From the NCBI GenBank assembly GCA_051294375.1, contig CM119268.1, positions 5,397,021-5,427,934 on the forward strand: 30,914 bases of DNA, given 5' to 3'. Made by a program: the position numbers and the translations under genes. Numbering within the stretch: position 1 is the first letter of the stretch; the number at the start of each line of letters is the position of its first letter. The notes beneath the pieces were generated by a model. The model searched no databases. It was given only the letters and a program-made list of their open reading frames with translations, and was not told the origin of the DNA. The stretch comes from Paraspadella gotoi. Lineage: Eukaryota > Animalia > Chaetognatha. Below are positions 11,378 to 21,495 of this stretch, piece after piece.

Positions 11378-11579
11378 ACCTGAATCCCCTCCCTCCCCCC
11401 CAACCTCTCGAGCCGCTGCAGTCGCTCGTCCACTGCTGCCTCCGCCGCCTCGAATCTCGACTCTTGAGCTTCGACGTCTTCGGCGATTTTCTCGAGTCGA
11501 CGAACGGCTTGATGAAAGTGGATCGGAGAAGCGACTTCGAAGAGAGTCTTGTTCATGTGGGTGATCACGTTGAGGAGGC
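11378..11579 (-). CDS. Exon: (G)LLNVITHMNKTLFEVASPIHFHQAVRRLEKIAEDVEAQESRFEAAEAAVDERLQRLE(RLGGREGIQ)
   Basis: aag acceptor; the phase-1 start matches the upstream exon. There are two frame-compatible donors: gttggg (exon end 11405) and gtcagt (exon end 11378). Confidence 0.82.
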
Positions 11580-14363
11580 CTTTGGGGGGNNNNNNNNNNN
11601 NNNNNNNNNNNNNNNNNNNNNNNNNNNNNNNNNNNNNNNNNNNNNNNNNNNNNNNNNNNNNNNNNNNNNNNNNNNNNNNNNNNNNNNNNNNNNNNNNNNN
11701 NNNNNNNNNNNNNNNNNNNNNNNNNNNNNNNNNNNNNNNNNNNNNNNNNNNNNNNNNNNNNNNNNNNNNNNNNNNNNNNNNNNNNNNNNNNNNNNNNNNN
11801 NNNNNNNNNNNNNNNNNNNNNNNNNNNNNNNNNNNNNNNNNTTTTTTTTCGTGGGGAAAAGTTAAAAAAAAAGAAGAAGGGAGGGAATTTTATCAAATAA
11901 AGTTTTAACCCTTAAAACTTTGCGAAATATCTTATAAGCAAAGGAGGGGGAGTTTCTTTCTCTCCCCCAGACAACTCGAAAATTGAATTTCAAGAAAGAA
12001 AATAAACATTAATCTTTTTTTTTCTGTTAAAAAAAAAAGCCACGTCACTTATTAATGATCGTTTCGTAAGACTAAACAAGTTTTAAGTATCTTTAAGCGC
12101 TTAGATATGATATTTAATACGTAGCGACTANNNNNNNNNNNNNNNNNNNNNNNNNNNNNNNNNNNNNNNNNNNNNNNNNNNNNNNNNNNNNNNNNNNNNN
12201 NNNNNNNNNNNNNNNNNNNNNNNNNNNNNNNNNNNNNNNNNNNNNNNNNNNNNNNNNNNNNNNNNNNNNNNNNNNNNNNNNNNNNNNNNNNNNNNNNNNN
12301 NNNNNNNNNNNNNNTTTTTTTTTATTTTAGACAAAAACGTTCATTACGAGAAAAATGGAAATTTTAGAAGAAAAAAAATGAATACGGAAACCCGGGGACC
12401 AAAAAAAGTTTAAAAGAGACAAAAAAATGAAGAAAATAAGTATCGAGAACCGGAAAGAAAATTTAGTTCTTTTTTTGTATCAAATTTGGAATAAAAATAT
12501 AAACTTATGTTTAAAAAAAATCGATCGACATTTAAAGCGGAAAAAAATTAAATTGCGGTGAAGAAAAATTGAAAAAGTTGAAAAAAAATAGATAAGAAAA
12601 AAATCACTGGGAAAAGTTGTGAATATTTTTTAGAATTTTATTTTATTTTATGATTGGTCAAAATAAATATTGATATCGTATATATTCTTTTTTCTTTTAT
12701 CGTTTCGCGATTTTTCGATAGAAATTCTACGCGATTAATTCTAGGATTTCTTCGGCTAGTGATATACGCAGCGTCACAGCTTTGAATAAAGTTTTTGTGT
12801 GGAGACTTTAAGCGAACATTTTTGATAATTGCTGTTCTGTGAGGCTACATAGTAATAGCAAATGGCGTGAAGTAACTATTTCCGTTTGGCGTTGTTAAAA
12901 TTCGCTCTACTTAGAGTATTATTTACTTAAAGCTTATGCTGATTTATTTTCTAGTATTAAGATTGAATTGTCTGATGCAATATGAAAAACCTTTTTTTCT
13001 GTCAACAACGTCATTTCCATAATTAAGTTAGAATTAATTTTAGTTCATAATTCCATCTTTTTATATTCTTATATTTTCATTTACCTCGCTTTTTTTCCTC
13101 CAACGCCTCTCTTATAAACCCTCTCCCCAATTCTAATTAATTCTTTTCTTATTAACCCTGATGCCCTTTTTTTTTATCCAAATTCCGCGCCGTCGCTCAA
13201 CATCAGCGCCACGAGTCGACGCGGCGGACGAGATGGAAACTAAATTTGGCAGCAGACGACGCGGATAAAAAACAAACAAAAGACTGTCGGGACTTAACAA
13301 ATCTTATTTTCCGCATCATTTTCAGCGAAGTGGAATTTTTTTTCTCCTTTTCTCTCTTTTTTTAATTTTCTTTTCTTTTCCTTTTATTTCTTTTTTTCTC
13401 TTAATCTCATTTTTTCGAGATTAGTTTTCTTTATTATTTTCTTTATAAATTTTTTTTTCCCTCTGAATTTTTTTGGTTTCAAGTTCTGTTTGTTTGTTTA
13501 TGTCCTTATTTACTTATTTTATCTTTTCAAAAGAAAAAGCGAGAGAGAGAAAACAATTTTGAATAGAAGTTTTTCGAATGTCATTTTTGACTTACCAGGA
13601 TAAATCTGAGGAAAGTCTGAATGGAGTGAGAAGAGTGAGATAGAGAGTGAGAGAGAGAGAGAAAGAAAGAAAGAAAGAAAGNNNNNNNNNNNNNNNNNNN
13701 NNNNNNNNNNNNNNNNNNNNNNNNNNNNNNNNNNNNNNNNNNNNNNNNNNNNNNNNNNNNNNNNNNNNNNNNNNNNNNNNNNNNNNNNNNNNNNNNNNNN
13801 NNNNNNNNNNNNNNNNNNNNNNNNNNNNNNNNNNNNNNNNNNNNNNNNNNNNNNNNNNNNNNNNNNNNNNNNNNNNNNNNNNNNNNNNNNNNNNNNNNNN
13901 NNNNNNNNNNNNNNNNNNNNNNNNNNNNNNNNNNNNNNNNNNNNNNNNNNNNNNNNNNNNNNNNNNNNNNNNNNNNNNNNNNNNNNNNNNNNNNNNNNNN
14001 NNNNNNNNNNNNNNNNNNNGGAGGAGGAGGAGGAGGAGGAGGAGGGGGATATGAGGAAAGAGGAAATCCATTGGCCTTCGCCGCAACGATGCCACCATCC
14101 GTTCCAAGTTCCACCTTGACCGTTCATTTCGGAAAGCGGCCACGTGAAGCCCATTACAGGAGCGCCCACGATTGGTCAATTCAGGGAGAGACGATGACCA
14201 GTGACCACTGCGCTCAATCTGACTGACTGACCATTTTCGGCCATGTTTCAGGAATCTTCGAATCTCAGATTCACTTTTGGCGACCAGAGGAAAACTTCGA
14301 ATATCTTCTCTCTATTTCATCGGCTGCTGCGCTGTACCAGCAACGCAGAGGCTCACGACTTAC

Positions 14364-14487
14364 CGGTCTTTTGCTGCTGAGGAATCGAGGTAGGGTTCAT
14401 GGGCAAAAGTTTGTCCATATCATCCATGGCTCCGTGAATGGTGTCCATCTGGGCGGAAATGTCTGACGAAAAAGTCATCAGATATTC
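14364..14487 (-). CDS. Exon: EYLMTFSSDISAQMDTIHGAMDDMDKLLPMNPTSIPQQQKT(G)
   Basis: tacag acceptor and gtaagt donor; 124 nt, phase 0 to 1, open frame. Absent from the ORF track. Confidence 0.88.
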
Positions 14488-14699
14488 CTGTATAAATTGG
14501 GGAGGGGAGAGGGAATTAAAGATTTAAAGTTTTGTGAGCGTGACATTAAAAGATTAAATTCGAATCAGTGATATTTAGCTGGATTTTTCAGAGCGACATA
14601 ATTTGTTAATTGGTTTTATGGATTCCCAGGATGTTATGGGTCATTGTTTTGTCATAGCGCTGTCCCAGTTGTGGTAAGGACACAGGGACTTACACTTTA

Positions 14700-14935
14700 T
14701 CTCATTCTGGGTCAGGATCATCTCTCCTCACCTAGTACCATCGACTCACCCGGGTAAGGATCATATCTCCTTAGTCCTTACCTCTGCTCTTGATCAACTC
14801 CCCCCGGGTCAGGAGCATCTCGACTTACTTTGTACGTGCTTTTAATAAACGCCCTGTCGTTAAGATCACAGTCAAGATAATCATCTCTCCTTATTCCTTA
14901 CCTTGTACGTGCTCTTGATCAACTCCCCCGGGTAC
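14700..14935. repeat. Degenerate tandem repeat (unit about 45-60 bp) built from an exon 3' end plus its splice donor
   Basis: Recurrent 'gggtcaggatcatctctcctt..ccttacct..tgctcttgatcaactccccc' and 'cttac.ttgtacgtgct'. Confidence 0.75.
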
Positions 14936-15104
14936 AGGTATCGTTCGTACGAATCGATGTTGACGACGACGAACGGGTTGACGTCGCTGAAGCGACGCGT
15001 CTTCTCGAGGAACGCCTCCTTCACGTTGCGGACGAGGTGTTTGATGTCGTCGATCTCTCCTCAGGTTGCTTTATCCCCGCGGTCGAAAGACGATACAACA
15101 GTCT
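14902..15104 (-). CDS. Exon: RLLYRLSTAGIKQ/../GEIDDIKHLVRNVKEAFLEKTRRFSDVNPFVVVNIDSYERYLYPGELIKSTYK (one frameshift near 15060)
   Basis: ctaag acceptor and gtaagg donor. It is 203 nt where the phase 0 to 0 neighbours require a multiple of 3. Codons are strongly C/G-ending. Confidence 0.85.
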
Positions 15105-16089
15105 CTTAGAAAGAAGATTTCATTTTCTCCGATCAGATATGGTTAATGAATGATGAGGTATTGATAGACACCCACAACAAGGACAAAAACGACGTCTCTG
15201 TCTCTCTATCGTCTCTCTCTATCATCGGATCTCTCCTCTGCTCCTCTTCTCTCTCTCTCTCTTCGTCCGCCCCTTTCCTCCACTATCAATTTTTTCGACT
15301 TCTTGTATTATTTGTATATTTTTCTATTGAGGATTTTTACCGTAAGCGTGAGCGGAGCTATGTTTTTTTCTGACTTGCTATTTATTTATGAGATTCGAAG
15401 AATGTAAATTTAGTAATCTTTATTGTAGTAGACATATGAGCGTGAGACGTGAAGAAAATTGAAGGAAACATAAAGCAAGTTGATAGGGAAGACTATTTCT
15501 AAAGATTATACAAAAAAAGAACTATAAAATGAGTCAACTTTAGCTTAACCATAAATTACAAAATATCATTTTAAAATGCTTACCGACTGTTAGATCATTT
15601 GGTAATTAATCTCTTAGTTTTAGGTAGGCACATTCTCTTTTATATCTTTGTTAAGGTACATATCATAAGGACTTAACCAATCAGGAGCGCTTTTTAAAGA
15701 TAGCTTGCTCAATCAGATACTTCGTAGCAACAAAAAATAGATTCATAATAAAAGGGATCAAAAAACGAGAGGACTATCTCGTACAAATAAAATTTAAAAA
15801 CCCCATCTGTATCGACAGATATAAAATTAAATTTTTATAAGATAGAGGGCAACTTAAAGTTTATATACGGTCTTTAAAATGATACTAATATATTAAACAA
15901 TTTTAAATCAACTAGTAAGATAGCATGCGAGTAAGGTAACTAATGTTAATCAGAAACGACAAATCTGTAGCAAGATTAGCGACCAAAATTTTAGAAATTG
16001 GTTCAGTTCTAATTCAATCCGTTCAACTTGAAGTGATGGATAGAGTCATGATCAATGGAAGAAGGGTCAGGATTAAACCATTCGTACAG

Positions 16090-17945
16090 GAAAAGCAGCA
16101 GCTTCAGGTAGTACGGAGGCAGGAGCGAATCGGGAGAAAAGTTTCGACATTCGCGTAGCGGACAAGACCCGACGTTTACAAGCTGGGCTGGATTCATACT
16201 TGTCGGAAAAGTGTCGTCAACGACGGCATAGACCATTGCGCCGAGGAACCTAGTTCATTGGTGATAGAGCACAATCGCCTTTTTGAAGATTTCTTGCGGT
16301 CTTTCTTGCCAGGTCATTCGAGATTGCAGCAGCGAGAATAGTTCGCGCTGCATCCGCCTAAAAGTCGTCGGCCAATATGGGCGGATCTGCTTCAGGATCA
16401 CGAAAAGTGCATTGCGTCGGGGAGGGGATGAATCAGAGGATAGCCGCCACAAGCTGTGACAGCCAGGATTGAGAATCATGATCGGCGTATTAAGGGCCAA
16501 GATGTTTAGCTTCATTTGGACTCGTGTAGTGGGGCGCCGGTAAACATATGCCTTCGGCAATGGTTAAGCGGTGAGCGAAGGTAATCAGATTTAATTTTTC
16601 TCTTGTTGTCAAGAATAAATGGAGAGCTTGTTTTGACGGTTTGAACAACCTTATCATAAACACCTCCCCAATGGAGGAGTGAGGGAGGATTGAAGTCCAT
16701 TCATGTTGGATGGTTCATGGAAGCATGGACTTGTGGATCAGAGTTCCAGTTCATATGATTGCTAAAGAAGTTCTTTGTTGGCGCAACAAAGTTGGTGCCA
16801 TTGTCAGAGTAATGATATGTATCCAGGTGGGGGCAACGGAATCGATCGAAGACGATTTATGAAATGCTGCAGTAGAGAGCTCCATTATTTACCTCTAATG
16901 CACAGCTTAGCTGCGTAAACATGTAATATTAAAACCCCAATGTTTTATGTTACTTCTTCCGACTTAATGGAAAATGGAACCAAATGGTAAATCAACTCCT
17001 GTGGTTCAATGGGTGAGCCTATTTGAGTGCGAACAGATAGGTAAAGGAGCCATTTTTTGTGTCTAATGGACACGAGCCAATGAATGCTTCTTTACATGGA
17101 ATGCAACTAGATAGAACTATATTCTTTACATGTTGCCGTCTGCTGTTTATGATGGCGAAAGGCGTTGGTGTCTTATTCAGCAAGATGCTGCTCAGTACCA
17201 CCATGGGCAAAGAGAATCATGAAGTGTATCGATCAAAGAATGGAACAATTTGATTTGAAGGAAGAATGGCATGGATGCTTGGATGCGGTTGTAAATTGGC
17301 TCTGTGGAAACGACCATACTCGGATGTGCGATTTTCATCAAAAAGGATCAAATGGGTTGTAATGGAGAAGCAACCCAACAATTCTTTTTGTTTTTTTGTT
17401 CCAAGCACATTTCATACCCAGTGATGCTTATTGCAATAGCGTCTTGATGGAACTTACAAAACTTAGAATTCTTAAAAAGAAACTCATACTCGCGGTGGAA
17501 AGCTTGTTTTCTGAAGAAGTTTTATAACGATTGACTTGCATTTTTGGTTATTCAGAGTGGAAAAAATAATTTTATACTTTTAGTTGGATAAATGCAGCGC
17601 CTGAATATGCACGCTTCTTATGATTTTATCCCAAGTAGAACAAATGTTGCTGTCAGATCATCAAGAATACTAAGATTTTTGATACTTGTTTTTTTTTTTA
17701 TTTTTGAGGACTGAATTGGAGTGAAGACAGTCAGGTGAATCGGGCGGTAGACGGAAGCTGCAGAGGCATGCGCTGGATAGCGCCATTCATGTCTTATTAC
17801 ATGAACAAACTAGTTAGAGACATCTGTGGTAAAAATTCAGGCGATCCTGAACATTCAGCAACAATTGCCTACGTCGTGAACAGAGTGTTAGAGCTGGGTT
17901 CTTTGTTTGTTGGGACAGTGTTGCCATTGTCTAACTTAATCTTAG
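16090..17945 (-). mobile_element. Degraded BEL/Pao LTR-retrotransposon pol fragment (integrase plus DUF5641-like C-terminus), intronic
   Basis: Frameshifted remnants in canonical order: 'VKNIVLSSCIPCK' (Zn-binding CxxC), 'TGVD', 'YSDNGTNFV.ANKEL' (about 16768-16812), 'FNPPSLLHWGGVYDKVVQTVK', 'FRRMQRELFSLLQSRMTWQE', 'GLVRYANV'. No LTRs identified. Confidence 0.9.
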
Positions 17946-18584
17946 CANNNNNNNNNNNNNNNNNNNNNNNNNGAGAGAGAGAGAGAGAGAGAGAGAGGAG
18001 ATTCATCAAAAAAGCGAAGATGTAATTAAGCGCGACTCATGAATCACGACGAAGAAAAGAAAAGAAAAGAAAAGAAAAGAAGAAAAAAAGGAAAGAGAAG
18101 AAGAAACGCGTTGATTACGAGATTCGCTTCCTTAATTATCTGAGCAAAGGAAAACATTTAAAAAGAAATTAAGAAAAATTAAATTCAGTTATAAAAAACA
18201 TCTTAAGAGATATAAACAAAAGTAAATAATAACTGACTTGATTTAATAAACTTCTAATTCGAACACACGAGAACCTATTCTGAAAATGGTGCATATGAAT
18301 ATAAAAAAAATATATAAAAATAAGCAAAATTTAAACTGTACACATAATTAGATAAATATTTACCGTAAATATTTTTGCATGTTCGTTCTGATTTGACTTA
18401 GAAGTTCGATAAAACGAGTGTGAAGCAGGACTGACATGTCATTGAAGAACACCTGTCGTAAATATCAATAATTAATTAAATAATTAGAAGAGCAAAAGAT
18501 TATTTAGTACTTTATTCATTTAATTCATCTTTTTGTACGATAAAATGATAATTCCGCGAACATTTTAACGAACTTTGGTCTAAC

Positions 18585-18729
18585 CTTGAAATGTCTGAGA
18601 AAGCCCTGCTCGTAGACCTTCTTCATCTTCTGAAAGCCCTTCCGGTGCTGCTCCACCGCGGACGAACTGTTTTGCCGAATTTTTTTGATGGAGTTGAAAA
18701 TGTTGGCCGAGTGATCGAGCATGAGTCCG
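18585..18729 (-). CDS. Exon: (T)GLMLDHSANIFNSIKKIRQNSSSAVEQHRKGFQKMKKVYEQGFLRHFK
   Basis: cccag acceptor and gttaga donor; 145 nt, phase 2 to 0, open frame. Confidence 0.87.
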
Positions 18730-18905
18730 CTGGGGTAAAAATTTATCGATTGATGGAGTGAATGATGCGGAGTGAGCGATTGATCGATTTGGTGAATGAG
18801 TGATTGATTGAGTTTGATCGATGCTGTGAGGGATTCACAAAATTCGATTAACCCATCGATTGATAAAATAATCAACTGATTGATTGATTGATCGATCGAG
18901 CTTAC

Positions 18906-18968
18906 GTTTGAAGCCTCTTGATGGCGGCGATGAGCTCCTCCAACATGTTGACTTTTCGAGAAGAAAAA
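18906..18968 (-). CDS. Exon: (S)FSSRKVNMLEELIAAIKRLQ(T)
   Basis: poly-T-cag acceptor and gtaagc donor; 63 nt, phase 2 to 2. Confidence 0.87.
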
Positions 18969-19383
18969 CTGAAAAAAAAAATCGGGGAATTTTATTTGGA
19001 ATAAAAAAAAAATTAAACAAATGTAAAAGAAATAATACAATTTTAAGCGTTCAATCAGTTGGGGCGTTTTTTTAAACAGTCACGTGGTTCTTCTAGAGTC
19101 AGATATTTCTCTCAACCTAATGATTAACCTGATCCCTAATCCCAATCAAACTTTATCCATATCCTAATCCTTAACTTAATCCATATCCTAATACTTTAAA
19201 CTTACCACCAACCTAAAAACGAATTTAATTCCGCATTTAGGATGAACTGGGGCGTTTTTCGCAAATTGGGCCCCCCCCCCAAAAAAAACAAACCAATATA
19301 CACAGTTTTACTGACTTTTACCAGCCACATCAACGTCAGCATCATCCCCGCAGCAACATCACTATCACCATTTTTAAGTCTAC

Positions 19384-19580
19384 CTTCTCCGGCTGGCGAG
19401 TCGACCCCTTCTATTTTCCGGCCGACTTTCCGGCCGACTTTCCGGCCGACTTTCCGGCCGACTTTCCGGCCACGCCTCCTTCACCATCGCCTCCGAGACC
19501 AACGCCAATTTCCCTTTGACCGCCGCCTCCGCCTCCGAGGAAAGGCGGAGGGATGAGAGGGAGGTGGCGCCGAGGTCGGC
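19384..19580 (-). CDS. Exon: ADLGATSLSSLRLSSEAEAAVKGKLALVSEAMVKEAW(PESR)4PENRRGRLASRR(S)
   Basis: ctccag acceptor and gtagac donor; 197 nt, phase 0 to 2, open frame. Contains an in-frame 12-bp repeat. Confidence 0.82.
19415..19471. repeat. Coding 12-bp tandem repeat (TTTCCGGCCGAC) x4.75
   Basis: Four perfect units plus a partial unit; encodes PESR on the minus strand. Confidence 0.95.
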
Positions 19581-19964
19581 CTGGAGGAGGAGGTGGGGGA
19601 GGAGAGGGAGAAGGGGGAGGAAGAAGGGGAGGGGGAGGAAGAAGTAGGGGAGAGGGAGAAAAAAAATGTATAGGAAGTGAAAGTTTAATTTTAATAGCTA
19701 TATTTAATACTGTTTCATTTCAGCTCTATTTTCCAAAAGCGCCCCTTTTCTGTTCCTTAACTGAAATTAACCCCTAAATTTAACCCTCATCCATTAATAA
19801 CCCATAAAAACCCCCATCCTGTGAGTTCCTTACCCTAACTCCTAATCCTTCACCAAATTCTTAACCTAATACTCTAATCAAAACCTTTCGAGAAAAAAAA
19901 GAAACGTTTTTGAAAATAGCCAATATTCTTCAAATCTTGAATCAAGCTTTCAAGTATCACATAC

Positions 19965-20049
19965 CGAGAGAGGATCTGGCGACAGGAATAGCGGCCTCGA
20001 GACAGATTACGAGAGGACAAGAACAGTCGAGTGGGGGAGTAAGGACGAT
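19965..20049 (-). CDS. Thumb-end exon, frameshifted: (D)RPYSP/LDCSCPL..CLEA...VARSS
   Basis: ctccag acceptor and gtatgt donor. One frame reads LDCSCPLVICLEAAIPVARSS, matching the DEG/ENaC C.CP.PC....Y....S motif. The 85-nt length implies indels. Confidence 0.75.
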
Positions 20050-20078
20050 CTGGAGAAAAAGGTAAGTTAAGGGTAATT

Positions 20079-20082
<4 letters not shown>

Positions 20083-20122
<40 letters not shown>

Positions 20123-20257
20123 AGAAGAGAGAGAGAGCAGAGAGAAAGAGAGAGATACAATAGCATCAAAAAAGAGAATAAAAAAAGGGCGAAAATAAAA
20201 GGAAAAAAGATCCTAGTAATCGAGAATAAATGGTGATGAGACAGGGGGGGAGAGAAG

Positions 20258-20298
<41 letters not shown>

Positions 20299-20823
20299 AG
20301 AGAGAGAGAGCAGACAGAGAGAGGAGAGAGAGAGAGAGAGAGGGAGAGAGAGAGAAAAGAGAGAGAGGGAGTGAATGTGTCTCGTTTGGATTATTGAGTG
20401 GCTATAAAAAGAAAGAACAAGAAAAGAGTTCGTCCATAAGGCCGACGACTTATGCCTCTCTCTCTCTCTCTCTTCTCTTTCTCTCTCTCTCTCTCCCTCT
20501 CTCTCTCTCTCTCCTCTCTAAAACCGGAAGAAGACTTAATGACTTAAGCTTCACTTTCTCTTCACTCACAGTAAATGCAGGAATAGATAGAATGAATGAA
20601 TGAATGAATGAATGAATGAATGAATGAATGAATGATGATGAATGAATTAATGAATGGAATGAATGAGATAAATTAATGAATGAATGAATGAATGAATGAA
20701 TAAACAGATGAGAAAGTAAATGAATGATAGAAATCTTTTTTTACAAATTATTCGAACCGAAAAATCTGTTTGTTTCCAATAAATTTCTCTCTCTTTCTTT
20801 TCAACATTTTCTCTTCACTATAC

Positions 20824-20893
<70 letters not shown>

Positions 20894-20992
20894 CTTTCTG
20901 TTGGTGTCCAACTCGGACAAACGTTTCACCTCCTTTTTTTTTGGAACGAAGTCTTTGAAGAGAGAAAGAGAGAGAGAGAGAGATAGAGAGAT

Positions 20993-21082
<90 letters not shown>

Positions 21083-21174
21083 GACGTAAGAGGAGGATTG
21101 GGCAATAAGTAAAGGTGTCCGTGGGTCAGGTTAATTAGAGTAATGGAAACGAGGGAAATGGGGAATGGAAATCA

Positions 21175-21228
<54 letters not shown>

Positions 21229-21230
21229 AA
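20083..21230. repeat. Microsatellite cluster: (GA)n, (CT)n, (ATGA)n at about 20590-20700, (GAC)n at about 21176-21226
   Basis: Direct observation. Confidence 0.95.
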
Positions 21231-21441
21231 ATACAGAAGCGGAAATGATTGTGGCGAAACGAGTGAGAGGAGGAGAAGGAGGAGGAGGAGGAAGAAGAGA
21301 AAGGGAGACAAGGAAAATCGCGAATAAATTGTTTTTAAGGAGACAAAATGAAAGGAAAAAAATGATCGAAAATAAATATTACACTTACAAAATAATTAAC
21401 GATTGACAAGAGAAGAAATGACAAGCGTCACGTAAACTTAC

Positions 21442-21495
21442 CTAAAATCGCTGCGGCGCATTGGAAGTAAGTTTTGAACGAGCAAATCTTCGTTC
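21442..21495 (-). CDS. Thumb exon: (G)TKICSFKTYFQCAAAIL(D)
   Basis: attag acceptor and gtaagt donor; 54 nt, phase 1 to 1. Matches the ASIC-type G...C....Y..CA...LD pattern. Confidence 0.85.
   Translation of the reverse strand, partial: ERRFARSKLTSNAPQRF

Larger units (their letters stand above)
9986..13681. repeat. Copy 2 of the large direct duplication (no 2.4-kb insertion; exons largely intact)
   Basis: Colinear with 2439-8735 and runs into the N gap at 13682. Confidence 0.95.

Noticed and set aside
14050-14340. Promoter-like cluster (CCAAT boxes, CACGTG)
   Set aside because: Short motifs are expected by chance, no associated transcript start or ORF was found, and the flanking exons already join in phase without this region.
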